This document shows, one piece after another, positions 43,863 to 54,580 of a stretch of DNA of 64,000 bases (its first letter is position 1; every line of letters begins with the position of its first letter). Below the pieces are notes generated by a model. The model did not search any database, was not told where the DNA came from, and worked only from the letters and a program-made list of their open reading frames with translations. The position numbers were made by a program, and so were the translations under genes. Source of the stretch: Oligoflexia bacterium (lineage in GTDB: Bacteria > Bdellovibrionota > UBA1018); NCBI GenBank assembly GCA_963758495.1, contig CAVWVI010000001.1, forward strand, positions 1 through 64,000, given 5' to 3'.

Positions 43863-44603
43863 TTAAAACTCAAAACGGAGACCAAAATAGGAGGAGAGTC
43901 CCGAAATGGTAATGGGGAGGCCTACGACATTGTTGGGGGAGCTGCTGCTGAGGTTACGAAGTTCAAAAATAGCGTAACTTCTCAAGATCCCATTATTGAT
44001 GAAAAACTGGGCAGCTGAGGAGGGTTCAAGGAAGTTAAGCAAGACCATCGCTCCAAAAATCGGACTCTTGACTACGGCGATACCCGAGGCTCCCGTAGTA
44101 AATTGATAATTTAAATATTCCATAGAATAGCCTGCGAAAGGAACAATGGGCTGTTCCCGAAAGAAGCGGGCTTGATATCGAATTTGCCCACCTACGGACA
44201 CGATGGAAGCAGCTTGGTAGGTGACGGGGTTATTAAAAATAGGGTAAATAGTTGCTGAAGGACCGATTCCCATGACGCCTAAACTTTGTAAAAAAGCAGG
44301 TTGGTATTCGACCAAGAGTTGAAAAGCATAAATGGGATTAGTGCCTTGTTGTGATGTAAGGGCACGTCCTCCCAGTGCATTCAGGGAGGAGTTCAGTCCA
44401 ATCGCCCATTGAGGTCGAAGGGTAGTGTAAAGAGGGATTCTATAATCTCGTGCAGGAAGCTCGGAGCTTAAAGCCTTTTCTTCATCTGCTGCAAAAGTGG
44501 GGTGAGCCCAAATAAGACAGGCGAGACAGATGAGGTTGCTGCCACCGGTCAGTATCAAAAACTGGGATAAGAGAAGTCTAAATTGATTCATGGTTTTATT
44601 CAT
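43863..44603 (-). CDS. Putative outer-membrane beta-barrel protein
   Basis: Signal peptide, amphipathic beta strands, C-terminal YFGLRFEF. Confidence 0.65.
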   Translation of the reverse strand: MNKTMNQFRLLLSQFLILTGGSNLICLACLIWAHPTFAADEEKALSSELPARDYRIPLYTTLRPQWAIGLNSSLNALGGRALTSQQGTNPIYAFQLLVEYQPAFLQSLGVMGIGPSATIYPIFNNPVTYQAASIVSVGGQIRYQARFFREQPIVPFAGYSMEYLNYQFTTGASGIAVVKSPIFGAMVLLNFLEPSSAAQFFINNGILRSYAIFELRNLSSSSPNNVVGLPITISGLSSYFGLRFEF

Positions 44604-44740
44604 AGTTCAGCCCTTATAGTCGCTCCGTTCAGGGGGTCCTGCAAAGCACAAAAAGCACAAAATAGACCATTTATTTTAACTTCGCATATCCTCTAGCTCT
44701 TTATTCCCATTCTGGAAACCTAAAACAAAAACCAAAGGTA

Positions 44741-45541
44741 CTATTCACCTAAATAGGCTTTTCGGACTTCATCTGACGCTAATAAACTCTCTGAAGGTCC
44801 TTGGAGTACCATCTTGCCAGTTTCAAGTACAATCCCTTTATGAGCAATTCGAAGAGCCTGCAAAGCATTTTGTTCCACAAGAAGTACGGTTACGCCTTCT
44901 TGATTAATTTTTTGGATAATTTCAAAGATTTTTTCAATCACTTGAGGGGCTAATCCAAGACTAGGTTCATCTAGAAGCAAGAGATGAGGATGGGCCATGA
45001 GGGCGCGAGCAATAGCAAGCATTTGCTGCTCACCCCCTGAGAGCGTTCCCGCATTTTGCTTTCGTCTTTCCTTTAAGCGGGGGAATAAGTCAAATGCATG
45101 AGCTAAATCTGCAGGGTAAGACTTTGGATCCGGTGCAGTCCACGCTCCTAAATCAAGATTTTCTTCGACGGAGAGGTTGAGAAATATGCCTCTTCCTTCT
45201 GGGGCATGGGAGATCTTTTTTCGCACAATGAGATGAGCTGGAAGATTAGAAATCACCTGATTCTGATAAAGGATTTGACCGGATGAAGTATTTACGAGTC
45301 CAGAGATCGCTCGAAGGGTGGTTGTCTTTCCGGCCCCATTCGCTCCAATGAGAGTGACAATTTCACCGGAATGAATGTCAAAGCTAACGTTATGGAGGGC
45401 TTGAATAGCCCCGTGTTGGCCGTAATGGCCATAATGACCATAGTAAATTGACACGTTTTCTAGGCGAAGAAGGGGGTCTTGAGGGGGGGAGTAAGGAGAG
45501 GGAGAGGGAAGAGAAGAGGGCGCGGTTTTAAAACTAGGCAT
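44741..45541 (-). CDS. livF: Branched-chain amino acid ABC ATPase
   Basis: GANGAGKTT, PEGRGIF, LSGGEQQMLA, LDEPSLGLAP. Confidence 0.95.
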   Translation of the reverse strand: MPSFKTAPSSLPSPSPYSPPQDPLLRLENVSIYYGHYGHYGQHGAIQALHNVSFDIHSGEIVTLIGANGAGKTTTLRAISGLVNTSSGQILYQNQVISNLPAHLIVRKKISHAPEGRGIFLNLSVEENLDLGAWTAPDPKSYPADLAHAFDLFPRLKERRKQNAGTLSGGEQQMLAIARALMAHPHLLLLDEPSLGLAPQVIEKIFEIIQKINQEGVTVLLVEQNALQALRIAHKGIVLETGKMVLQGPSESLLASDEVRKAYLGE

Positions 45542-46361
45542 GAACTGCAGCCTTTCCTAAATAAGCTTCAATCACTCGAGGATCTTTTTGAACTTGCGAG
45601 GGTGTTCCTTCAGATATTTTCACACCATAATCCAAGACTGCAATTCGTTCGCAGACGCCCATGACCAGCTTCATATCATGTTCAATTAAAAGAATGGTCA
45701 TATGGTAGTGATCTCGAATGAGTCGAATCGTTTGCATCAGAGAATGAGTTTCACTTGAATTCATCCCAGCAGCAGGTTCATCTAAGAGTAAGAGTTTAGC
45801 TCGTGTTGCCATGGCTCGAGCGATTTCGAGTCGGCGCTGATCTCCATAGGGAAGGTTTCGAGCGAGCTCATTTTTGCGATGATCAAGTTTAAATATTTCT
45901 AAAATTTCAATCCCGTAGTGCTCTTGTTCAAGTTCATGTTGGACGAATGAGCGCGTTTTAAGAATTGAATTCAGTATTCCGAAATGTTTTCTGGTGGGGT
46001 CATTATCCATGGCGATCATAATATTTTGGAGGACCGAAAGATTTTTAAAAAGTCGAATATTTTGAAAAGTACGGGCCACTCCTCTTCGCGTAATTTCGAA
46101 GGGTTTAAAGTTGATCAAGCTATTTCCAAAGGCATAGATTTGGCCTTCGGTGGGTTTATAAACACCTGTGAGCATGTTGAAAACGGTTGTTTTCCCCGCT
46201 CCATTTGGGCCAATCATGCCAAAAATGAATCCCTTGGGTATCTCAAGCGACAAGTTACTTACGGCTCTTAAACCACCAAATTGCATCGTCAAGGCGCTTG
46301 TTTTGAGAGCAAAGTTTTGGAGGTTTTGGAGAGAGTTTGGATCGCTCATGAGATCATTCAT
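45534..46361 (-). CDS. livG: Branched-chain amino acid ABC ATPase
   Basis: GPNGAGKTT, RTFQNIRLF, LPYGDQRRLE, IEHDM. Confidence 0.95.
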   Translation of the reverse strand: MNDLMSDPNSLQNLQNFALKTSALTMQFGGLRAVSNLSLEIPKGFIFGMIGPNGAGKTTVFNMLTGVYKPTEGQIYAFGNSLINFKPFEITRRGVARTFQNIRLFKNLSVLQNIMIAMDNDPTRKHFGILNSILKTRSFVQHELEQEHYGIEILEIFKLDHRKNELARNLPYGDQRRLEIARAMATRAKLLLLDEPAAGMNSSETHSLMQTIRLIRDHYHMTILLIEHDMKLVMGVCERIAVLDYGVKISEGTPSQVQKDPRVIEAYLGKAAVHA

Positions 46362-47434
46362 TAGGTAACCTCCTTGATGGCGTTTTTAGTGAGGTCCTCT
46401 TGAGTTTGACCTTTTAATTTCTTGCGGAGCCAAGGAGGCAGAAAGTCAAAATATTCCTTCGTGCCAAAGATTCCATTGGGACGGGTCAGCATGAGTATAA
46501 TTAACATCAGGGAGTAAATGATCATTCGAAAATCAACATGAGTCAGTTCTTGAAGGGGGCGTAATGCTTCTCGTATGCCTGTGAGAAAGACCGCTGCGAA
46601 TACAGAACCCGTGATACTTCCCATTCCACCTAAAACTACCATAATGATGATTTCGAAACTGCGATTAAAGTCGAAGGTCTGGGGATTTAAATACCTCAAA
46701 TAGTGAGCGAATAATCCACCTGCAATCCCCGCGAAAAATGCGCCTATCACAAAAGCGAGGACCTTGGCCCGCGTGGTATTGACGCCCATCGCTTCAGCTG
46801 CAATTTCATCTTCTCGTACGGAGAGAAATGCTCTACCGTGAGGCGAATGAATTAATCTCCAAATGACAAAGGGTGTGAAAATGACGAAGGTATAGACCCA
46901 TCCAAAGTGAGCAAGGGGTGGGATATTCGGCAATCCGCGCGCGCCTCCGACACTATCCATATTCAGAATAACGACACGAATAATTTCTCCAAATCCTAAA
47001 GTAACGATAGCAAGGTAATCCCCTTTGAGACGAAGAGAAGGGAGACCGACTAGGTATCCAACGACACTTGCACCAAGACCTCCTGCAAGCAGTGCTCCCA
47101 GGAAAAGAGTAGATGCGAGGGCAGATTGTCCAGCCTGGCCAGTCTGGAGCAGCCATTCAGGGTGTTTTGTTTCAATTGTTGTTGTAATAAACGCAGCAAT
47201 ATAGGCGCCCACGGACATGAAGCCCGCATGTCCCATTGAAAACTGTCCGGTGAAACCGGTCACAAGATTGAGACTGACGGCTAAGATAATATTGATTCCC
47301 GCATACATAATAATTGCAAAAAAATAGGGATCAATTTCATTAGCTATAAAATACTGAAAAATCCAAACTCCTGTTAATGCAGTAAGCCAGATAAGAAAGG
47401 TTTGAATTCCATAAGAACGTATGGAGGAACGCAT
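46361..47434 (-). CDS. livM: Branched-chain amino acid ABC permease
   Basis: GFTGQFSMGHAGF, LKGDYLAIVTLGFGE, VREDEIAA. Confidence 0.95.
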   Translation of the reverse strand: MRSSIRSYGIQTFLIWLTALTGVWIFQYFIANEIDPYFFAIIMYAGINIILAVSLNLVTGFTGQFSMGHAGFMSVGAYIAAFITTTIETKHPEWLLQTGQAGQSALASTLFLGALLAGGLGASVVGYLVGLPSLRLKGDYLAIVTLGFGEIIRVVILNMDSVGGARGLPNIPPLAHFGWVYTFVIFTPFVIWRLIHSPHGRAFLSVREDEIAAEAMGVNTTRAKVLAFVIGAFFAGIAGGLFAHYLRYLNPQTFDFNRSFEIIIMVVLGGMGSITGSVFAAVFLTGIREALRPLQELTHVDFRMIIYSLMLIILMLTRPNGIFGTKEYFDFLPPWLRKKLKGQTQEDLTKNAIKEVT

Positions 47435-47437
47435 GGC

Positions 47438-48340
47438 TTATACCTTTTCAGTTCGTTTGACTCCAAAGAGTCCTGTTGGCTTCACAAGAAGGATTAAAAT
47501 AAGGATCGCAAATGCAAGCGCATCTCGATAAGTGGGTGCCCAATATCCCACCAAAAACTCCTCTGCTAACCCAAGAGTAATCGCTCCGACTACTGCGCCC
47601 GTCACATTTCCGACTCCACCTAAAACAGCGGCCACAAACGCTTTGAGGCCCGGCATGGTTCCCATGAGGGGGTCAATTTTTGGATAAGCCAGGCCCACTA
47701 AAACACCTGCAGCACCTGCTAGCGCTGAACCGAGCATAAATGTATAGGAAATAACCCGATTTGTAGGTATTCCCATGAGACTTGCATAATCGTGGTTGAA
47801 ACTGACAGCTCTCATGGCCCTTCCTAAACGTGTTTTAAAAATAATATATTGAAGAATTGCCATGAGGGTAATGGCGACTAGGAATACGATCAATTGAATT
47901 GGATTTATTTTTAATTCTCCAACAGATAAATCCCATGTGGGATGAAATATTTGGGGAAAGAACTTAGGATCTGATCCAAAAAGAAGTTGCCCAGAGAATT
48001 CAAGAAATAGGGACACTCCAACAGCCGTGATTAAAACATTAATTTTTGGAGACTTTCTCAGGGGACGGTATGCAAATCTTTCAATTAAAAAGCCTGTTCC
48101 GGCACAGGTGACCATTGCTGCTACCAAGGTGATTAGAAGTGAAGAGAGAGACGAACTCTCTCCAAAATGGAGTGCACGTGCCGTGTACATGCCAACAAAG
48201 GCGCCCAGCATGTATACATCACCATGTGCAAAGTTAATTAATTGTAGGATACCAAAAACCATCGTGTATCCGAGTGCAATTAATGCATAGATACTGCCGA
48301 GTGATAAACCGTTTACTAAGTGCTGAGTAAATTCTAGCAT
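47438..48340 (-). CDS. livH: Branched-chain amino acid ABC permease
   Basis: GSIYALIALGYTM, INFAHGD, KAFVAAVLGG. Confidence 0.95.
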   Translation of the reverse strand: MLEFTQHLVNGLSLGSIYALIALGYTMVFGILQLINFAHGDVYMLGAFVGMYTARALHFGESSSLSSLLITLVAAMVTCAGTGFLIERFAYRPLRKSPKINVLITAVGVSLFLEFSGQLLFGSDPKFFPQIFHPTWDLSVGELKINPIQLIVFLVAITLMAILQYIIFKTRLGRAMRAVSFNHDYASLMGIPTNRVISYTFMLGSALAGAAGVLVGLAYPKIDPLMGTMPGLKAFVAAVLGGVGNVTGAVVGAITLGLAEEFLVGYWAPTYRDALAFAILILILLVKPTGLFGVKRTEKV

Positions 48341-48342
48341 GA

Positions 48343-49518
48343 TTATGGATTAACCGTAGTTTGATATTTAAATAAACCATTTTCAACTTTTAAAACAACG
48401 GCTGACTTAATTGCATTTCGTTTTTTATCAAGAGTGATCACGCCAGTGACTCCAGGGTAGGAGGCTGTAGTCGCTATAGCATCTCGAATATCGGAAGGGT
48501 TTAAGCTTTTGGAGCGTTTCAAAGCATCCACTAACACCAGGACAGCATCATAGCCCATTGCCGAAAGTCCATCAGGGAGAACGCCAAAGCTTTCTTTAAA
48601 TTGTGAAATAAAGTTTTGAATCTGGGGGTCTTTATTTTCATTAGAATAATGATTTGAGAAATAAGCATTGTCCATGGCTTTACCACCAATTTCGACAAGC
48701 TTGGGTGAGTCCCAGCCGTCCCCACCGAGAAGAGGTATGTTCATACCTAATTCTCGAGTTTGCCGAGCAATCATGCCGACTTCCGTATAATAGCCTGGAA
48801 TCAGAATGGCTTGCGGACCTTTAGCGCGAATTGCTGTTAGCTGAGATTTAAAATCAATATCTCCAGATTCATAACTTTGGTCCAGGACAATCTGCCCCCC
48901 CCCTTTTTTGAAGGCGGTAGCAAAGAACTCCGCAAGGCCGGTGCTATAATCACTTTTCACGTCTCTTAAGATAGCCACTTTCTTTACTTTGAGATGGTCG
49001 AGCGCAAATTTCGCCATGACTTCTCCTTGAAATGGATCAATAAAGCAAACACGAAAAATGTAATCTCCAAGTTCTGTAACTTTAGGATTAGTTGAGGAAG
49101 GGCTGATCATGGGAATTTTGTTGTCTTGAGCAATGGTCGCCATAGCCAGGCTTCTTGAGCTCGATACTTCGCCCAGGATTGCTTTTGCATTGGATTGAGT
49201 AATGAGCTTTGTAACAGCAGTGGCTGCTTCATCGGGTTTACTTTGATCATCGAGAGAGGTTATTTCGAGTTTTTTCCCCTTGACGCCGCCTGCTGCGTTG
49301 ACTTGCCGAATGGCAAGCTCAATGCCTTGGTGCGTTGAGATTCCAAAAGTAGCTTCTGATCCGGTCATAGAGCCAACTTCACCAATAGAGATGACTTCTG
49401 TGCCGTTAAGAGGGTGTTTTTTACAAGCGGATACTACGGCGACTATGGCTACTACGGCCGACAAAATATTTCTGAATAGGCTATTTCTAAGGATACTTCT
49501 TAAGTTTGGATTTCCCAT
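48343..49518 (-). CDS. Branched-chain amino acid ABC substrate-binding lipoprotein (LivJ/K family)
   Basis: Lipobox VSAC, NAAGGVKG, FRVCFID, GGDGWD. Confidence 0.93.
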   Translation of the reverse strand: MGNPNLRSILRNSLFRNILSAVVAIVAVVSACKKHPLNGTEVISIGEVGSMTGSEATFGISTHQGIELAIRQVNAAGGVKGKKLEITSLDDQSKPDEAATAVTKLITQSNAKAILGEVSSSRSLAMATIAQDNKIPMISPSSTNPKVTELGDYIFRVCFIDPFQGEVMAKFALDHLKVKKVAILRDVKSDYSTGLAEFFATAFKKGGGQIVLDQSYESGDIDFKSQLTAIRAKGPQAILIPGYYTEVGMIARQTRELGMNIPLLGGDGWDSPKLVEIGGKAMDNAYFSNHYSNENKDPQIQNFISQFKESFGVLPDGLSAMGYDAVLVLVDALKRSKSLNPSDIRDAIATTASYPGVTGVITLDKKRNAIKSAVVLKVENGLFKYQTTVNP

Positions 49519-49590
49519 GTAGCAGAATTCTCCATAAAAGGTTATTCAAATTGACCTCGGAATATGTAGACAGTAATATGCGGCCATAAG

Positions 49591-50523
49591 GTGGGTGTCA
49601 AACGAATGCAAGATAAAAATAGACGAAATGACATAGATTTTCCATACGCAATACGAAGTTTTGTCGGCTATTTAGAAGGTACTCATAAATCTACTCACAC
49701 CATTAAAAATTATCAGCTCGACATCTTTGCTTTCCAAGATTTTATTCTTGATGAATATGGTGGCAAATTAATACGAGTAGATCAAGTCAGTCGTGCCGAT
49801 TTAGAACGATACGGTGATTATTTGAAAAGCAAAGGATTAAAAACGAATACACGACGGAGAAAGATCCTTACGGTAACGCAGTTTATGAATTTTCTCGCAA
49901 AAAGAAAAAAACTTGCACCTGAAATGGCGCAAAAAATGCCAGCGCCTCATAAAATTGAACGCATTCCTTTTACTGTTTCGGCTACTCAATTAATGGATTC
50001 AATTCGAAAATTGCAAGAAGACACGGTCCTTGATGCTCGAAATAAGGCGCTTCTTTGGACGCTCGCAGAGACAGGCTGCCTAGTGAGCGAAGTGACAGAA
50101 CTTCGATTTGAACAGTGTTTTCAGTCCTCCGAGTCCCACACATTTGTGGCTTTAGGAAAAAAAGTGAAAAGAAACATCCCCATTTCCAAGGATCTCTATC
50201 AAGTGATTCAAGGCCTGAAAGAAAGAGGTAAGGAATCGCCTTGGATTTTTTTAGGATTCAATAAAGTGGGCTCCCTTGGGTTTCCGATTACTCCTCGGGG
50301 AGTCGAAATGTTGGTGAAGCTCTATGGCCCAAAACTAGGGTTTGAGCAATTAACCCCTCGGACCTTCAGACACTCCATTATTTTAAAATGGTTTGAAATG
50401 GGTATATCACAAGGAGAGATTCAATCCCGCTTAGGTTTGAAAACCACCTATGCTTTTCGGTCTTATGAACCTTTAATTAAATCCAGCTTGGGAACCACAT
50501 CCAATTTCGATAAGCGCCAATAG
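49591..50523 (+). CDS. XerC/D-like tyrosine recombinase homologue with degenerate active site
   Basis: SAM-like N-domain (STHTIKNYQLD); ETGCLVSE, TPRTFRHS, LGLKTTYAFRSY; promoter TTGACC-17-TAATAT. Confidence 0.8.
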   Translation: MGVKRMQDKNRRNDIDFPYAIRSFVGYLEGTHKSTHTIKNYQLDIFAFQDFILDEYGGKLIRVDQVSRADLERYGDYLKSKGLKTNTRRRKILTVTQFMNFLAKRKKLAPEMAQKMPAPHKIERIPFTVSATQLMDSIRKLQEDTVLDARNKALLWTLAETGCLVSEVTELRFEQCFQSSESHTFVALGKKVKRNIPISKDLYQVIQGLKERGKESPWIFLGFNKVGSLGFPITPRGVEMLVKLYGPKLGFEQLTPRTFRHSIILKWFEMGISQGEIQSRLGLKTTYAFRSYEPLIKSSLGTTSNFDKRQ

Positions 50524-51820
50524 GAATTTTTAGGCCCGCTAGAATCGGATAGAAGTAAATAAAAAGCCCAAAGGAGGCGGCTAGAAACGCCCATTGGACC
50601 CAGTTTTGCCCTTGCTTGGAGTTCCTCTGTTGAAAAAAGTAGGCGAGCGCTAAACTGAGCATCATTCCTGCGGGGTAATAGTAATAGTAAAAAGCAATTT
50701 TTCTCGGAATCACAATCCAGCAGCCTAGAAAAATGAGATAAAAAAATGAGATCAGAAATGCCGTTCGGTTCTTCCGGGTTAGAAAATCCCAAACGCAATT
50801 GGCTAGAGCAAAAACGCCTGCCCACATCACCAATGGATTGCCCAGTAAAAGAACCCCTCGGACCCAGCGTGGGTCAGCCGGATCTCGATCAAAAGCATAC
50901 CAAATGGGGCGTGTGATGAATGGCCACTGGGTCCAATGACTCATATAAGGATGGCTGTTCACCACTCTGAGTTGCCCGTCCCACATTTTGAATTGCATTG
51001 AAAATAAATCGAGAAAACTATGATCCGCTCCATCCGTAAATAAAAGTGGAATAAAGGTCAGAAGGTACACGCTCATTGGAATGACCCCCAGGGCTATTGC
51101 CCAGTTCTTCCAGCGCATTTCTTTCCATAGTTGAGGGTGGTACCAATCTTCTTCACGAGGATTTTTAAAAAAAGTTTGCCAGCTTTGGAGAGTGCGCACC
51201 ACGAAGATAAGAAATAAGCAAGCCATCCATGGAACAATAGAAAACCACTTACACGCTACACTCAAGCCGATCAGAAGGCCCATCCATTTAAAAAGTCGTC
51301 GAATCTGAATGGAACTTAATTTTGAATCCCAAGTCGCACAAAAAGCCGCCAACGCCCACACCAAAAAAGCGAACATGAAAGTGTCTAGCATTCCAATTCG
51401 AGCTTGGACGTAGAGAAGCTGGTTGCAGAGGGTGATCAGGGCGACCCAAAGGGCTGTTTGCTCCTTTCTAAAGAGAGCCAAGCCTAAAAAATACATCCCC
51501 ACTAAAGTAAGAGAACCGAAAAGGGTGCTCATAAAGCGCCAACCGATAGGTCGATCTCCCCAAGTGGCAATTCCCACTGCCATGAGTTCTTTCCCTAAAG
51601 GGGGGTGCTCCCAATTGTGATTTTCTTTCATTTCAAGAAATTGTTTAGCCGAAGGAACGTAATGAAATTCGTCAAAGTTAGGAGTGGCCGGAAATTGAAT
51701 ATTAATGAGAAAGAGAACTAAGCTCAAAAAAAAGAGAATGAAGGAAGTATTAAGAATTCGTCGGTTGATCCACACACTCAGCAGAGTAATTCTCAAAATC
51801 GATCGGGTCAAGGGTGACAA
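50477..51820 (-). CDS. GT39 protein O-mannosyltransferase (PMT) family
   Basis: FDEFHY, EHPPLGK, GWRF, HPYMS.W..WP...RPIWY, LGNP. Confidence 0.9.
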   Translation of the reverse strand: MSPLTRSILRITLLSVWINRRILNTSFILFFLSLVLFLINIQFPATPNFDEFHYVPSAKQFLEMKENHNWEHPPLGKELMAVGIATWGDRPIGWRFMSTLFGSLTLVGMYFLGLALFRKEQTALWVALITLCNQLLYVQARIGMLDTFMFAFLVWALAAFCATWDSKLSSIQIRRLFKWMGLLIGLSVACKWFSIVPWMACLFLIFVVRTLQSWQTFFKNPREEDWYHPQLWKEMRWKNWAIALGVIPMSVYLLTFIPLLFTDGADHSFLDLFSMQFKMWDGQLRVVNSHPYMSHWTQWPFITRPIWYAFDRDPADPRWVRGVLLLGNPLVMWAGVFALANCVWDFLTRKNRTAFLISFFYLIFLGCWIVIPRKIAFYYYYYPAGMMLSLALAYFFQQRNSKQGQNWVQWAFLAASFGLFIYFYPILAGLKIPIGAYRNWMWFPSWI

Positions 51821-51850
51821 ATCGAAAACTCTTCGGTAGAACCCTACTGT

Positions 51851-52531
51851 ATGACTGAAACTTCATCCATTGGACGAAATGAGCCCTGTCCCTGCGGTAG
51901 TCGCAAAAAATATAAGCGTTGTTGTGGTGTCAATGCGGCACCTAAGCTCTCAGCACCCAAAAATCCCCCCCCTGAGATAGGAACTGAGGGTGGACCTGGG
52001 GGTAGGCATGGAGCCGGAATGGATCCTTCCATTCTTCAAAACATGGATCCCGAAATGATTTCTCAGGTTTCACAAGCCATTCAAAGGTTGCCCAAAGGGC
52101 AAATGCAGCGCTTACAATCCATCATGCAAAGAGCCATGAGTGGTAAGGATGTAGCAGCCGAGGCGGAAGCGTTTGAAAAGAGCTTACCTGTCCATTTCCA
52201 AAACATGATCCGATCCATGAGCATGTCTGCTGGATTTCCAGATATGGCAGGTCTGGGGTCTGAAGCTTCTGGCTTCCCAACCGAAATGCCCGACAATAGC
52301 AGCGGGAATAGACTCGAAGGTCCACCTGAAGGTCCAGTGGAACAGATGACCGAAGAGCAAGCTCGTGCCCTCGTGGCTCAAGCCGCCGCAGAGGGTAAAA
52401 TTTCAAAAGATCAAGCACAGACCCTATTAACCTCTGCCCAAGAAACGAATCCTAGCTCAAGCGAGAAGGAAGCATCCTCTTCGAAGTTAGGTAAGTTTTG
52501 GCGAAATATTTCGGGCAAAAATTCTCCATGA
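51851..52531 (+). CDS. SEC-C motif protein
   Basis: GRNEPCPCGSRKKYKRCCG at the N-terminus; Met/Gln-rich helical remainder. Confidence 0.85.
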   Translation: MTETSSIGRNEPCPCGSRKKYKRCCGVNAAPKLSAPKNPPPEIGTEGGPGGRHGAGMDPSILQNMDPEMISQVSQAIQRLPKGQMQRLQSIMQRAMSGKDVAAEAEAFEKSLPVHFQNMIRSMSMSAGFPDMAGLGSEASGFPTEMPDNSSGNRLEGPPEGPVEQMTEEQARALVAQAAAEGKISKDQAQTLLTSAQETNPSSSEKEASSSKLGKFWRNISGKNSP

Positions 52532-53331
52532 ACACTATGACCACTTCACTGCCCCATCTGATTGGCGTCATTCAATTACCTTCCCTTGCGGGTGCTCCCT
52601 CCGGTTCAGATCGGCACCCAGCTGATTTACTTCAAACAGCGGGGCTATTAGCAGTACGCGAAGCTCAGATTTTCGCTCAAGCAGGATTTGATGGGGTTCT
52701 TTTAGAGAATACAGGAGATGCACCTTACTATAGAACTGCGACCCCCCCTGAGACCGTTGCCAGCATGGCGATCATTGCTGCTGCCGTACGTGAAGCAGTT
52801 AAAATACAACTCGGCATTCAAGTTTTAAAAAATGACGCACAGGCTTCTCTCGCGATTGCTGCAGTCACCGGGTGTGATTTTGTTCGAATGGCATTTTCCA
52901 TAGAAAACGATCCTGCATTTTTACTCCGAGAGAGAGAACGACTTTGTGGTCCTTTGACCATTTTGGCAGATTTAGCAAGTGAAGAGATAGAAGCTCTTGC
53001 TTTGAATGGGGTAGAGGGTAGAGTGATTTCAGGACGGACCCCTCCTTTAGCGACTCTTCAATTGATGAGCCAAGTTGCAAGAGAAAATAACATTCCTCTT
53101 TACTTGAGCGAGGGTGTGAGTCTTGATAAACTATCTGAACTCCGGCCTTGGATCGATGGGGTTTTGATCGGCTCAGCATTCAGGAAGGGAAAAGGTTCGG
53201 GATCTACTTTGGATTCAAAAAAAGTTCGAGAATTTGCCCGAACCTATAATCGGTCTGATCATCGGTCTGGCCGTGGGAAGAGAAGGATGGATGGTAAAGC
53301 CAAGAAGGGGCTTAGGAAAATTTCTTCTTAA
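52528..53331 (+). CDS. BtpA/SgcQ family TIM-barrel protein
   Basis: LIGVIQLPSLAGAP, GFDGVLLEN.GD.PY, DGVLIGS. Confidence 0.88.
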   Translation: MNTMTTSLPHLIGVIQLPSLAGAPSGSDRHPADLLQTAGLLAVREAQIFAQAGFDGVLLENTGDAPYYRTATPPETVASMAIIAAAVREAVKIQLGIQVLKNDAQASLAIAAVTGCDFVRMAFSIENDPAFLLRERERLCGPLTILADLASEEIEALALNGVEGRVISGRTPPLATLQLMSQVARENNIPLYLSEGVSLDKLSELRPWIDGVLIGSAFRKGKGSGSTLDSKKVREFARTYNRSDHRSGRGKRRMDGKAKKGLRKISS

Positions 53332-53413
53332 AGGGTTTCAGAGGGCGAATCTAGAAAGGCCCCTTCGAAAGCCGAGAGTGAGGCGATCCCATTATTCCTT
53401 ACGATTATCCCAG

Positions 53414-54580
53414 ATGCAGGCTAGGGATGATCGGGATAACCTGGGTGAATCAACGGATGAATCTGCGAAGGTAAAGGGGGAGAGCGAGGTTCATCAAGAA
53501 CTTCTTGCGCCTGCCATTACACCCACGCCAGAGATACTGGCACCTTCCGTCGAGATGAGCTCTCTTGCTCTCATTGAGAACGAAAGACAGTACTTATCCA
53601 CCCAAGATATTCTAAAACCTAATGATCGACTCAAGCAAAGCATTGAAGGATTTCTTGCAGACCAGCGATCCATCCATACTCGAAAGGCTTATGGAAAGGA
53701 TTTAAAGCGATTTATTAAATTCCTCCTGAGCAGAAGTCATCAAAATGGATTTGAAGGTTTGAACCGCACCATTTTAATTGCTTATAAAGAGTCTTTGATT
53801 ACTGAAGGACTCGAGCACACCACGATTGATCGACACCTGGCCACCTTAAGGAGTTTTTTTAAATGGCTTGTGGATGATGGCCATCTGATGAGAAGTCCGG
53901 CGGATGGAGTTCGATTTCTCAATCCCAAACGGGTTTCCCGAACGATTGGCTTCACTGATGAAGAGGTGAAAAAGATTTTAAGCATACCAGACCTCCACAC
54001 ACGCACAGGATCTCTCCACTATGCAATCCTCATGATTCTATTTTATTGTGGCTTGAGAAGATCCGAGCTTTGTTCTTTAAGGACAACTTATATTGGAGAG
54101 GAAAGAAATCAAAAAATTCTTCGCCTTCGAGGTAAAGGGAACTCAGAAAGAGTCATTGTGATGATTCCGCCCGTTTGGAATGCATTAAAATATTACTCTT
54201 ATATCACTCATAGAGATCTAAAAGTAGACGAGTACCTTTTCACGCCCCTTCGCAATAATAGGACCGGAAATATAAAAAAAGCAATTGATCCATCGATGAT
54301 TTTTTATATTGTTACACGCTATGCGCGATTGGCAGGTATTGCAAATCGAGTATCACCCCACTCGTGTCGTGCTACCGCGATTTCAAATGCACGTGATCAC
54401 AATGTGCCGGATCGAGCAATTCAAGAATTTGCGGGCTGGGCATCACCGGATATGATCACTCGCTATGATAAACGTAAGAGTTCTATTGAAAACTCCGCTG
54501 CACATTCTATCTCTTATGGTGAGGAAAGTCGATTGCCTGCCGTACCACTGGAATCTACTCCACAAAGTGAATTAAAATAA
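53414..54580 (+). CDS. Tyrosine recombinase/integrase (start uncertain)
   Basis: CGLRRSEL, GKG, SPHSCRAT, AGWASPDMITRY: full R-K-H-R-W-Y catalytic set. Confidence 0.9.
   Translation: MQARDDRDNLGESTDESAKVKGESEVHQELLAPAITPTPEILAPSVEMSSLALIENERQYLSTQDILKPNDRLKQSIEGFLADQRSIHTRKAYGKDLKRFIKFLLSRSHQNGFEGLNRTILIAYKESLITEGLEHTTIDRHLATLRSFFKWLVDDGHLMRSPADGVRFLNPKRVSRTIGFTDEEVKKILSIPDLHTRTGSLHYAILMILFYCGLRRSELCSLRTTYIGEERNQKILRLRGKGNSERVIVMIPPVWNALKYYSYITHRDLKVDEYLFTPLRNNRTGNIKKAIDPSMIFYIVTRYARLAGIANRVSPHSCRATAISNARDHNVPDRAIQEFAGWASPDMITRYDKRKSSIENSAAHSISYGEESRLPAVPLESTPQSELK

Noticed and set aside
49591..54580. Integron or invertible segment bounded by the two recombinases
   Set aside because: No attC-like array, IntI-specific insertion or flanking inverted repeats found by eye.
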